Assembly (NCBI GenBank): GCA_965197725.1
Contig: CBDANQ010000061.1
Span: 128,001-192,000 of the forward strand
Direction of reading: 5' to 3'
DNA from: Longimicrobiales bacterium
GTDB taxonomy: Bacteria; Gemmatimonadota; Gemmatimonadetes; Longimicrobiales; Gaopeijiaceae
Length of the DNA: 64,000 nucleotides
The notes below the pieces were generated by a model. That model saw only the letters and a list, made by a program, of their open reading frames with translations, did no database searches and was not told where the DNA came from. This document shows, one piece after another, positions 8,806-19,734 of the stretch; position 1 is the first letter of the stretch; each line of letters opens with the position of its first letter. Both the position numbers and the translations under genes were made by a program.

Positions 8806-10637
8806 TCGACCGTGACGGACTTGGCGAGGTTCCTTGGTTGATCGACGTCCGCGCCCCGTAGGATCGCGGTGTGATAGGCAAGCAACTGTAGCGGGACAGC
8901 GGTGAGCACTGGCAGAAGCGCGGGGATCGTCTGCGGCACCCTGATGACGTGATCGACCTTGTCCCGCAGCTCAGGGGCGTCGTCGCTCACCACCGCGATG
9001 AGGCGGGCATGGCGCGCTTTCACTTCTTCGACGTTAGAGACCACCTTCTGGTACACGGGGTCCCGGGGCGCGAGCACCACTACCGGCATGTCGTCGTCAA
9101 TGAGCGCGATCGGTCCGTGCTTCATCTCGGCCGCGGGATAACCCTCCGCGTGGATGTAGCTCACTTCCTTGAGCTTGAGCGCACCCTCGAGCGCTACCGG
9201 GAACTGATAGCCGCGTCCGAGATAGAGGAAGTTGCGGGCGTCGCCATACGCTTCGGCCAAGGCCTTGATCTCGTCGTCGAGCTCGAGCACCTGCTCTACC
9301 TGCTCGGGCAACATGCGCAGCGCGTTTACGAACTCCCGCCCCTGCGGTACAGATAGGTGGCGGCGGCGCCCAAGGTAGAGCGTGAACATCGCGAGAGCGA
9401 CCATCTGGCTAGTAAATGCCTTGGTCGACGCCACACCGATCTCGGGACCCGCGTGAAGATAGATGCCGAAATCGGTGTATCGCGCGATCGTCGAGCCGAC
9501 GGTGTTGACGATCCCCATCGTCGAAAGCCCGCGCTGCTTCGCCTCACGCAGCGCTGCCATTGTATCCGCAGTTTCCCCGGACTGGCTGATAGCGAGCGCG
9601 AGCGTTCCCTCCTCTAGAACCGGATTCCGGTATCGAAACTCAGAGGCGTACTCCACGTCGACTGGAATGCGCGCGTGTTCCTCGAGCATGTATTCGCCCA
9701 CGAGGCCCGCATGCCAACTGGTGCCGCAAGCGGTGGTCACGATGCGCCGAATGCGGCCGAGGTCGAATTGGTGGTTCTCGATGCCGCCGAGTCTTACGTC
9801 ACCCTCTTCCTCCAACAGACGGCCGCGCATGACGTCCCGCAGGGAGGACGGCTGCTCGAAGATTTCCTTGAGCATGAAGTGCTCGTACCCGCCCTTCTCG
9901 AGCGCTTCGACGTTCCACGTAACCTCGTACACCGACCGGCTCACCTCCGTCCCTTCGAGCTTGTAGGTGCGATACCCGTCGGGCTGGAGCACGGCGTAGT
10001 CTCCGTCATCGAGGTAGACGACCTCGCGCGTCAACGCAATCACCGCGGCCGCGTCGGAGCCCGCGAGCATTTCGCCGTTCTTGCCCACACCGATCAGCAA
10101 TGGCGAGCCATTGCGAGCTACGACGATCTTGTTCGGGTCTCTGCTCGATACGACGGCGATGCCGTAGGCCCCGTCGATGGCGCGAAGCGCCGCAGCAACG
10201 GCATCCTCCATGGGAATGCCGTCGGTCCAAAGATGATCGATCAGGTGAACGACTACTTCGGTGTCGGTGTCTGATACGAAGGAGTAGCCCGCCTCCAGAA
10301 GCTGTGCCCGAATGCTCTCCGCGTTCGCGATGATCCCGTTATGAACCAGGGCGATTTCGCCATCCGAAGAGGTGTGCGGGTGGGCGTTGGGCTGGGTGGG
10401 AGCCCCGTGCGTGGCCCAGCGGGTGTGCGCGATGCCACAGGTCCCGCGGGGAGACGCCTCTTCGACGGCCTCCGCGAGCGCAGACAGCTTGCCCGGACGC
10501 TTCACGACCTGGACCCCACTTCCATTCAGGAGCGCGACCCCGGCCGAGTCGTATCCGCGGTATTCGAGCCCCTTGAGACCCTGAAGCAGGATCGGGGCGG
10601 CCTCCTTCGGGCCTACGTACCCGACGATTCCGCACAT
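8802..10637 (-). CDS. glmS: Glutamine--fructose-6-phosphate aminotransferase
   Basis: MCGIVG, EYRGYDSAG, HTRWATHG, SQSGETAD, PRNLAKSVTVE. Confidence 0.98.
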   Translation of the reverse strand: MCGIVGYVGPKEAAPILLQGLKGLEYRGYDSAGVALLNGSGVQVVKRPGKLSALAEAVEEASPRGTCGIAHTRWATHGAPTQPNAHPHTSSDGEIALVHNGIIANAESIRAQLLEAGYSFVSDTDTEVVVHLIDHLWTDGIPMEDAVAAALRAIDGAYGIAVVSSRDPNKIVVARNGSPLLIGVGKNGEMLAGSDAAAVIALTREVVYLDDGDYAVLQPDGYRTYKLEGTEVSRSVYEVTWNVEALEKGGYEHFMLKEIFEQPSSLRDVMRGRLLEEEGDVRLGGIENHQFDLGRIRRIVTTACGTSWHAGLVGEYMLEEHARIPVDVEYASEFRYRNPVLEEGTLALAISQSGETADTMAALREAKQRGLSTMGIVNTVGSTIARYTDFGIYLHAGPEIGVASTKAFTSQMVALAMFTLYLGRRRHLSVPQGREFVNALRMLPEQVEQVLELDDEIKALAEAYGDARNFLYLGRGYQFPVALEGALKLKEVSYIHAEGYPAAEMKHGPIALIDDDMPVVVLAPRDPVYQKVVSNVEEVKARHARLIAVVSDDAPELRDKVDHVIRVPQTIPALLPVLTAVPLQLLAYHTAILRGADVDQPRNLAKSVTVE

Positions 10638-10674
10638 GCCGTCACTCTCCTATCGATGATCCCACGAACCACCC

Positions 10675-12062
10675 TCACGCGACTCCGTCCAACAGCTTCG
10701 CCGCCCTGTCGACCATGGCGCGCGCTCCCTCCTCTTCACGCGCCTCGGCGATCAGGCGCACAACCGGCTCGGTGCCCGAGGGCCTCACGTGCAACCAGGC
10801 ACCCCTCGCCGGCCATGCGAGGTGTAGACCGTCCGTCCGATCGACTGTCTCCGCACCGAGATCCTCCTCCAGCACGGCGAACGCCAGCTCGAGAGCCTCT
10901 CGTGGGAAGGATACCTTCACTTTCACGATCGTATAGCTCGGCCACCGTGCCGCAGCCGCCGAGGCACTAACCCCTTCATCCACAATGTGTTGCAAGATGA
11001 GGGCTGCCGCGAGAGGCGCGTCGCGAGTGTGGTGCAGCGCAGGCAGGATCACTCCGCCATTCCCCTCGCCCCCCACCACGGCGTTCGCTTCCTGCATGCG
11101 GCGTGCCACGTTCACTTCTCCTACTGGCGCTCGTGTCAATCGAAACGTCGTACGCGCGGGGCCACATCCTCCACGACCTGACTGGTCGACAGGTTGGTTA
11201 CGACAGGTCCGGGTGTTCGTCTCAGCACCGTCGCGACGGCGAGCGCCAGGGTGAGGTCCTCGCCCATCGCGCTCCCCGTCTCGTCCGCCAGCGCAAGCCG
11301 GTCCACATCCGGGTCGACGGCGAGCCCGATCTCGGCGCCTGAATCGCGTACCAGCGCTCCAAGATCGCCGAGGTTGGCCGCGGTAGGCTCCGGGTCGCGC
11401 GGAAAGAGCCCGTCCGGATTCATTCCGATGCCCTCGACCGAACAGCCCAGCGCCTCCAGCAGATCGGTCATTGCGGGGCCACCGGCGCCGTGCACACAAT
11501 CGATGGCGACTCTGATCTGGCGCGCACGGAGCGCGGGCACGTCGACGTGCGGTAGCGCCAATATCGCCTCGAGATGCCGGGGCCAGGCCGCCGCGTCTTC
11601 CCTAACGGAGGGAATCGCGTCCCATGCGACCCTCTCCGGATCCTCCTCACGGAGGGAGGTGCGGAACCGCGCCGAGAGATCCACGTCGAGGAAGACACCC
11701 TCTCCTGACACCAGCTTTAGAGCGTTCCACTCGGCCGGGTTGTGACTCGCCGTAACGCCGATACCGCCGATCGCGTCGCTTCTCCCGACGGCCAACAGGA
11801 GCGTCGGCGTCGGGGCCAAGCCCAGGTCGATCACCGGTACGCCCACCGACTGCAGCCCCGCGACGACGGCGCGCACAAACATCGGTCCCGAGGTGCGCGA
11901 ATCCCTGCCAACGTAAACCGGACCCTCCCCGCTCTCCCGCCGCACGAACGCCCCGAAGGCCGCGGCGAGACCGGCGATCAACTCCGGGGTGAGCGGCGTC
12001 CCGACTCGTCCGCGCACGCCGGAGACGCTCACCATGAGATCCTGCGGAAGTTGTATCGGCAC
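10675..12062 (-). CDS. glmM: Phosphoglucosamine mutase-family phosphohexomutase, frameshifted near 11143-11160 (probable sequencing error)
   Basis: TASHNP and DPDVDR in ORF 11136-12062; PVGE, GGEGNGG, RPSGTEP in ORF 10675-11499; adjacent to glmS. Confidence 0.85.
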
Positions 12063-12211
12063 GGAAGCCCCTAGCCTGGCAGTAGTGCGTCTTCGCGCCC
12101 GAGGCGCGGTCGGCGGAAGTTCACCCGGCCGGCGTCAACCCGTCAACGCAAAGGCCGGGCTGCTACATTGGGCGATTCTATTCACCCTACAGACAACCAA
12201 GGACCGACTCC

Positions 12212-13378
12212 ATGAGCAAAGGGTCTCTCGGCGGCCTGCGTTTCGGCACGCTCGCGGTGCACGCGGGCGTGAATCCCGAGCCGACAACGGGGGCGATCAT
12301 GACCCCTATTTTCCAGACGTCTACCTATGTCCAGCCCGCGGTCGGCCAACCCATGCAGGGGAGCTACGACTACGGTCGGACCGCAAACCCGACCAGGGAA
12401 GCGCTCGAGGCGAACATCGCGGCGCTAGAAAATGGCTTGCGTGGGATCGCGTTTTCGTCGGGACTCGCCGCGATCGAGGCGATTGTGAAGAGGCTCTCGG
12501 CCGGCGATCACGTCGTGAGTGAGGAAAACATGTACGGCGGCACGACCCGCATGTTCAATCATGTGCTCAGCCGCTTCGGCATCGAATTCAGTTTCGTCGA
12601 TACGCGCGACCCCGGCGCGATCGCCGAGGCGCTAAAGCCGAATACGAAGCTTGTGCACGTAGAGACGCCGACGAACCCGATGATGCGGCTGTGCGACCTG
12701 AGGGAAGCAGCCGATCTCGCGCACGACGCCGGGGCCTTGCTCTCCGTCGACAACACTTTCGCTTCCCCATACAACCAGCGACCGCTCGAGTTCGGCGCCG
12801 ATTTCGTGGTGCACTCTTCGACCAAATACATCAATGGCCACTCGGACGTGATCGGTGGCCTAGTCGCGGTCAGGGACGAAGAGCTAGCCGAGGAGCTGCT
12901 CTTCATCCGGAAGTCGTCGGGTGGGGTACCGGGCCCCATGGACTGCTGGCTCACTCTGCGCGGCATCAAGACGCTGCACCTGCGTATGCGCCAGCACAAC
13001 GAGAACGGCCTGACGGTGGCCCGATACCTCGAGGACCACCCGGCCGTGGATCGCGTGCTCTATCCCGGGCTGAAATCCCACCCGCAGCACGAACTGGCGG
13101 CCCGCCAGATGGTCGGGTTCACCGGCATGGTGTCGGTCGACGTCGGCACGCTCGGGCGGGCCAAGGCCTTGTCCGAGCATCTACGCGTCTTCGCGCTTGC
13201 GGAAAGCCTGGGCGGGGTTGAATCTCTCATCAGTGTACCCGCGCTCATGACCCACGCTTCGGTCCCCCAAGAACGTCGCGAGGCGTTGGGGATAACAGCG
13301 GGGCTCGTTCGCTTGTCCCTCGGAATTGAGGACGAAGCCGATCTACTGGAGGATCTCGAACGGGTCCTAGAAGGCTGA
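12212..13378 (+). CDS. PLP-dependent cystathionine gamma-synthase/lyase
   Basis: PIFQTSTY, YGRTANPTR, ETPTNP, VDNTF, HSSTKYINGHSD, LAESLGGVESL. Confidence 0.93.
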   Translation: MSKGSLGGLRFGTLAVHAGVNPEPTTGAIMTPIFQTSTYVQPAVGQPMQGSYDYGRTANPTREALEANIAALENGLRGIAFSSGLAAIEAIVKRLSAGDHVVSEENMYGGTTRMFNHVLSRFGIEFSFVDTRDPGAIAEALKPNTKLVHVETPTNPMMRLCDLREAADLAHDAGALLSVDNTFASPYNQRPLEFGADFVVHSSTKYINGHSDVIGGLVAVRDEELAEELLFIRKSSGGVPGPMDCWLTLRGIKTLHLRMRQHNENGLTVARYLEDHPAVDRVLYPGLKSHPQHELAARQMVGFTGMVSVDVGTLGRAKALSEHLRVFALAESLGGVESLISVPALMTHASVPQERREALGITAGLVRLSLGIEDEADLLEDLERVLEG

Positions 13379-13475
13379 AACCGGAACTCCAGGGCCCCCG
13401 TAAGGGGCTGCGAGCGTCGGCCAACTTCTCGCCGAACGCGCGAGGGGCGACTAACGCAAATGAGGATGTAGAGAC

Positions 13476-14504
13476 ATGGCGGACGATGCGGATGACACCG
13501 TAGACCAGACGGGCGACGATGGGGCCCAAGCGGGTGGCGATGGGGCGAAGGCGCGCCGCATCCTGACCGATATCGCGCCGCACTCCTGGGAGCACCCGGC
13601 CGACAAGGCCGCACTCCAGGCGCTTCGGCGGATTCCGGTATTCGACGAGGTACTCAGAAAGATCTTCGGCTTCATGACCGAACGCGCGTTCCGTCTGGCG
13701 TTCCAGGCGAGCTCGGTGAAGGTCAGCGAGAACCAGTTCCCGAAGGTCTATTCGATCTACAAGGAGTGCCTCAAGACGCTCGACGTAGAGGAGGAATATC
13801 CGCTCTTCATCTCACAGACGCCGATCGTCAACGCGGGTGCTTGGGGGATGGAGCAGCCCTTCATCATCCTGAACTCTGGCACCGTACGGCTCCTCGACGA
13901 CGACCAGCTGGCCTATGTGATCGGTCACGAGATCGGTCACATCATGAGCGATCACGTTCTCTACAAGTCGATGACGGTGATCCTGCTCAACCTGGCGACG
14001 ATGGGTTTCCCGATCGTCGGCTTAGCTGCGCGCGCGATCTTGGTCGCTCTGCTCGAGTGGCAGCGCAAGTCCGAGCTCTCGTCCGACCGGGCCGGACTGC
14101 TCACGGTCCAGGACCCGGAGGTCGTGCTCGGCACGATGCTCAAGATGGCGGGTGGTGGAGAAGATCATGAGTCGAGCCTTCAGGAGTACATCATTCAGGC
14201 GGAGGAGTACCGTGAGGGCGGCGATGTGGTCGACCAGGTCTTCAAGGTGCTCAACCTCCTGGCTCAGACGCACCCCTTCTATACGATCCGGGTGAGCGAG
14301 CTGCGGACCTGGATCGAGACCGGCGACTACGACCGTATCGTACGCGGTGAGTACGCCCGCCGCGGCGAGCCCGATCCCGTCTACAAGGACGACCTCAAGG
14401 CAGCCGCCTCGTCGTACGCCGACGACGCGAAGGACTTCGTCGACAACATAGCGGACGCCGCGAAGCGCATGGGCTCCGACTTCATGAGCGGCTTCAAAAA
14501 GTAG
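13476..14504 (+). CDS. M48-family Zn metallopeptidase
   Basis: GHEIGH (HEXXH), SELSSDRAG, THPF..R. Confidence 0.85.
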   Translation: MADDADDTVDQTGDDGAQAGGDGAKARRILTDIAPHSWEHPADKAALQALRRIPVFDEVLRKIFGFMTERAFRLAFQASSVKVSENQFPKVYSIYKECLKTLDVEEEYPLFISQTPIVNAGAWGMEQPFIILNSGTVRLLDDDQLAYVIGHEIGHIMSDHVLYKSMTVILLNLATMGFPIVGLAARAILVALLEWQRKSELSSDRAGLLTVQDPEVVLGTMLKMAGGGEDHESSLQEYIIQAEEYREGGDVVDQVFKVLNLLAQTHPFYTIRVSELRTWIETGDYDRIVRGEYARRGEPDPVYKDDLKAAASSYADDAKDFVDNIADAAKRMGSDFMSGFKK

Positions 14505-14523
14505 AGGCCCACGGCCAGAACCA

Positions 14524-14562
14524 GGGGTGACCGGGCTGCCGCCCGGTCACCCCTTTTTTTTC
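14524..14562 (+). terminator. Rho-independent terminator
   Basis: GGGGTGACCGGGC-TGCC-GCCCGGTCACCCC hairpin followed by a T run. Confidence 0.85.
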
Positions 14563-14588
14563 CCGGGTACCTGCGTAGACTCCGGCAC

Positions 14589-15873
14589 ATGCGAATCCTG
14601 ATCGCAGGCAACGGTGGGCGCGAGCACGCCCTTCTGTGGAAGCTTCGCCGAGACGCTCCCGACGCGGAATTCTTCGCTACCGAACCGAACGGCGGGATGG
14701 CGCCGCTTTGCACCGCGGTCCAGATCGCGGCCGGAGACGTCGAGGCGCTCTCCGGGTGGGCGGCGTCCCATCGCATCGACCTCACCGTCGTCGGTCCCGA
14801 GGGGCCGCTGGCGGCGGGGATCGTGGACCGCTTCGAGAAGAAGGGGCTTTCGATCTTCGGGCCGAGCAAGGACGCCGCGCGCATAGAGTCGAGCAAGGTG
14901 TTCTCGAAGGATCTGATGCGCACGGCCGGGCGTACCAACCGCGGACTACCGCACCTTCACCAACCTGGCAGGCGCCGAGCAGTGGGTGCGGGAACGCGGA
15001 GCTCCGATCGTGGTGAAGGCATCGGGTCTGGCGGCGGGCAAGGGAGCCGTCGTGTGCACGACCGAGCACGAGGCATTCGAGGCGTTACGAGCGATGCTCG
15101 GTGATCTCAGCTTCGGCGAGGCAGGGCGCGAAGTCGTTGTCGAGGAGTTCATGGACGGCGAGGAGATCTCGGTCTTCGCGATCACGGACGGGACGAATGT
15201 GATGGTTCTACAGCCGTCCCAGGACCACAAACGAGTGGGTGAAGGGGACACGGGTCCGAACACCGGAGGCATGGGCGCGTATGCTCCGGTATCGATCGCG
15301 ACCGACGCGGTGGTCGCGGAGGCTCGCCAAGACGTCATCGAACCGACCCTGCGGGCGCTGGTGGCGAACGGCTGTCCGTTCCGCGGAGTCCTCTACGTAG
15401 GACTCATGAAGACGAGTGCCGGCCTGAAAGTCGTCGAATTCAACTGCCGCTTCGGCGACCCGGAGACCCAGGTGGTACTGCCGATGATGCCTGGCTCGCT
15501 GCTCGACCTGCTGCGGACGGTGGCCGAGGGAGGAACGCTGACCTCCGGCACCGCGGAGGCGCTGGACGGCGCCGCGGTCTCGACCGTAGTCGCGTCCCGG
15601 GGGTACCCCGGCCCGTACGAAAAGGGGAAAACGATTTCGATTCCGAGCGACCTCGAGTCGGACGATTGTATCGTCTTCCATGCCGGCACGAGAAGTGAGG
15701 GGGGACGGCTGGTCACGGCCGGTGGACGGGTGCTCGCAGTCACGGCGTTGGCGCCGACCTTGGCGGGAGCCGTGGACGCCAGCCGGTCTGCCGCCGATCG
15801 AATCGTATTCGAGGGCGCCTTCAGTCGTAGTGACGTCGGTTGGAGGGAACGCCTACGTCAGGAGAGGTCATGA
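14589..15873 (+). CDS. purD: Phosphoribosylamine--glycine ligase, frameshift near 14929 (probable error)
   Basis: GNGGREHAL, VVGPEGPL, KASGLAAGKG, QDHKR, GPNTGGMGAY, EFNCRFGDPETQ split over two frames. Confidence 0.93.
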
Positions 15874-15906
15874 ACGTCACAACCACGCACTTCTGAGTGA
15901 ACCCCG

Positions 15907-16745
15907 ATGCCTGAGCTTCCCGAAGCGGAGACGATCGTTCGCGGCTTGCGAACGGCGGTTCTCGGAGAACGCATCCGTCGCGTGGAAGTGATGCACGACG
16001 ATATTCTCAGGCAACCGAAGACCGAGTTCGTTCGAGGCGTGAGGGGACGCCGCATCGACGGCATCGGCAGACGTGGCAAGAACGTTCTGATCCGACTCGA
16101 AGGGGACCGCGTCATCGCCGTGAATCTCGGCATGACCGGTCGTCTGCTCCGCTTCCCGGCTCTCCCCAGACGCGAGCGTCGACCCAGCCATCCAGCGGTG
16201 AGGTTCCGATTCGAGAGCGGAGCGCTCCTGGTTTTTCGACGACACACGTCGCTTCGGCACCGTCGAGGCGTTCACCGACGACGAGTGGCAGACCCGCTCT
16301 GCGCGTATGGGCCCCGAGCCGCTCGATGCGGACTACCGGGCCCGAGACCTCTTCCGGGCGCTGCAGCGCTCGCGCGCGCCGGCTCGTTCATGGCTGCTCG
16401 ATCAGGAGAAGATTGGCCGGCGTGGGGAACATCTACGCGAACGAGGCGCTCTACCTCGCTGGTGTGCATCCTCAGCGCGAGGCCCGCCGCATACGCCGGC
16501 GAGAAGCCGTGGGGCTCCATCGCGCGATCCGGCGCGTGCTGCGGGACGCGATTCGAGCGGGGGGAACGACGATTCGTGACTACCGGAATGCGGCAGGAGG
16601 GCGAGGTGAGTACGTCCGCCGTCTCTGCGTGTATGGCCGGGACGGCGAACCATGCCTGAAGTGTCGCTCGGACATCTGCCGGATCGTGTTCGCCAACCGC
16701 TCGGCATTCTATTGCCCCACGTGCCAGCCGGTACCGGCCCCGTGA
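15907..16745 (+). CDS. mutM: Formamidopyrimidine-DNA glycosylase, frameshifts near 16235 and 16415 (probable errors)
   Basis: MPELPEAE, RRGK, LGMTG, GVGNIYANE, C-terminal zinc finger CLKC...CPTCQ across three frames. Confidence 0.93.
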
Positions 16746-18264
16746 GGGAACGGCCATGTCCGCGCCTGGGTCGCTCGATCCTGCCGGGCGCAGTCGTCGC
16801 GTGCCTCCTCTCGTTGCTCGCCCCCACCTTCGCGAGCGCGCAGCTTTCTCCGGGCGAGCGACTCCCGGTACGGACGCTCACGCTCGACAACGGAATGCGG
16901 CTCGTGATTCTGCCGCGCCCGGGTGCCCCGACCGTATCCTTCGTAGTGCAGTACGGGGTGGGAGGCGTGAACGAGCGGCTCGGTACTACCGGCATAGCGC
17001 ACTTGCTCGAGCACATGCTCTTCAAGGGCACCACGACCGTCGGAACCAGGAACGTCGACGCCGAGCTCGCGCTCTTCCCGCTCATGGACGCAGCTCACGA
17101 CACACTCGTACGCGCCCGCACGTCAGGCGACTCCGCGACCGTCCGTCGCCTAGACGACCTGATCGGCGAACTGGAAGACAGCGCCCGCGTCTTCGTCGAG
17201 GCCAACGAGTTCGACCGTTTTCTCACCCCGCGCGGGCGCCCAGGGACTCAACGCCACCACCACCAACGGGTCCACCATCTACTTCGTGGAGCTGCCCTCG
17301 AATCGGACCGAACTGTGGTTCGCGCTCGAGGCCGACCGCCTGTTGAACCCGATCTTCCGCGAGTACTACTCGGAGCGCGACGTGGTCACGGAGGAACGAC
17401 GCATGCGCATCGAGACCAGCCCAGGTGGAGTGCTTTACGAAGCACACCTCGCGGCGGCGTTCACGATGCACCCCTACGGCGTTCCGGTCGTGGGGTATAT
17501 GGCGGACCTGGAGGTATTGAGTCGATCCGACATCGAGACGTACTATCGGCGCTTTTATGGCCCGAACAACGCGGTCGTAGCGATCGTGGGCGACATCGAT
17601 CCGGATCGGGTCGAGCGCTGGGCTCGGGACTACCTCGGCCCCCATTCCGAGCGGGGAGACACCGCCTCCGGTCACCGCCGTCGAACCGAAGCAACTCGGT
17701 GAGCGGCGGGTGGTGGTCGAGTGGGACGCGGAACCCGCGCTGCGGATCGGCTGGCACGTGCCCGCCGGAGTCCACGACGATGCGCCCGCGCTCGCAATTC
17801 TCACTTCGCTGCTCACGGGCGGGCGCACTTCGCGGCTGCATCGCCGGTTGGTCCTCGAAGACCAGATCGCGGGCGGCATCTTCTCCTCGCTCGGACCGGG
17901 CAGCCGGTATCCTCAGCTGCTCCAGATCGACACGAGCCCGCTCGCCCCGCACACCACCGAGGAGCTGGAGCGTGCGATCTACGAGGAGATCGGGCGACTC
18001 GCGAGCGACGGACCCGAGCAAAACGAGCTCGAGCGCGTGAGAAACCAGATCGCCGCCGGGTCGATACGGCGTATCCAATCGCACCTCGGCCTCGCGTTCC
18101 AGCTGGCAGAATCGGTATCGCTTTTCGGGGACTGGACAGAGACGTTCCGATTTTCCGAACGGCTCCGAGCGGTCACGGCCGACGATGTTCGACGGATGGC
18201 GCGACTGTACCTCACGAAGCAGAACCGTACGGTGGCGACCTTGGTCAAGAAGGAGGGCGCGTGA
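16742..18264 (+). CDS. M16-family (pitrilysin) peptidase, catalytic subunit; frameshifts near 17229 and 17641
   Basis: Signal peptide, TLDNGM, GIAHLLEHMLFKGT (HXXEH), ERDVVTEERR, HPYG, YGPNNA. Confidence 0.85.
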
Positions 18265-19734
18265 GCGCCGGCAGACGGGGCCTTTTGCTCTCGGTGGCGT
18301 TCCTCGCGTGCCAGACGCCGAGGGTCCAGCCGCAGCTGCCCATTGGCCGACGAGCCCTCGATCGTTTGAATTACCCAGCCATCGAGTTTCGTCCCCCGAT
18401 TCCCGATGAGTACGAAGTCGACGGGGTCCCGGTGCTACTGCTCGAAGACCACGCACTGCCCCTCGTCTCGGTGTACGCCCGCTTCAAGGGCGGCTATGGC
18501 CTGTTCGGGCGCGAATACTATGCGGCAGGCACCGCTTTGCCGTCGCAGCTCCGCTACGGTGGAACGCGGGGGCTGACGCCCGACTCGGTCGACAAGGCAC
18601 TCGAGTACTACGCGATCCAGACGTCGTTCGGCGGAGCCGGCGAGGCCGTCTCCGCCACGATGAACACGCTAGTCGAGCACTTGACGGCGGCAATGGAGCT
18701 GTGGCGGACCATGCTGGCCGAGCCCGCGTTCGACTCCACTCAGGTCGAAATCTGGAGGGCCCGGCAGCGAGAGAGGGTACGCCGCCGTGGCGACAACCCC
18801 GGCGGACTGGCATTCTCGGAGTTCAATCGGCTCCTGTACCGTGACCACCCGATCGGGTGGGAGATGGAGGCCGCCGATCTCTCGCCCCAACGTCTCTCCT
18901 CGCAGAGGCTCAGCGAGCTGCACCGACGGGTCGTCTGCCGGGAAAACCTGGTGCTGGGGCTCACCGGAGACGTCAGCTGGCGCGACTTCCGCCCTCTGCT
19001 CGAGGCGTTGGTCAGCGCCATTCCTGCCTGCGAGGGCACACTCCCGCGCCGTCCGCAATCCCCGACATACGGGAAGAACCGGGAGTCTACCTGATCGAGA
19101 AGGACCTCGAGCAGAGCGTGATCGTCATGGCGCATACCACAGACGTGCACCTTGCGGACGACCCATCCTACTACTCGGCAATGATCGGCAACTCGATTCT
19201 CGGTGGAGGTGGCTTTTCCAGCCGCATCCTCTCGCGCGTACGCACCGAACAGGGGTTCGCGTATTCGGCCCTCCTCACTCTGGGACGATGCCGAGGCGCT
19301 ACGACGGGCTGCTCGGCGCGATCACGCGCACGAGCCCCGAGAACACGATTCCCGCGATCGAGTTGATCCTCGAGACGATGGAGGGACTGCGCACGGCTCC
19401 ACCGGAAGCCGAGGAGGTCCGGACCGCGATCGAGCAGATCGTGAACAGCTTCGTGTTCAACTTCGAGACCCCCGGACGCATCGTGTCCCGCACGATGTCC
19501 TACCTGGCTCAGGACCTCCCGCAGGATTGGCTAGAGCGGTATCTGAATGGCGTTCGGCGCGTGACCGCGGACGGCGTTCACGACGCCTTCGCGAGGCACC
19601 TGCGGCCCGCCGAGATGATGATACTCCTCGTGGGTGACCCAGACCGAATCGGTCGAGACGCGATCAGCGAGCTCGGTCCCGTTACGGTACTCGACGTCGG
19701 ACAGCAGCGATCGGCAGAGTCTGGCGGCCCCTAG
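18261..19734 (+). CDS. M16-family peptidase partner subunit lacking HXXEH; frameshifts near 19044 and 19270-19283
   Basis: LLEDHALPLV, ILGGGGFSSRILSRVRTEQGFAYS; lipoprotein-like FLAC; stop codon is the TAG of the IS target CTAG. Confidence 0.8.

Noticed and set aside
10675..19734. Programmed frameshifting or true pseudogenes in glmM, purD, mutM and M16 genes
   Set aside because: No consistent slippery motif, several shifts per gene, homopolymer context; sequencing error is simpler
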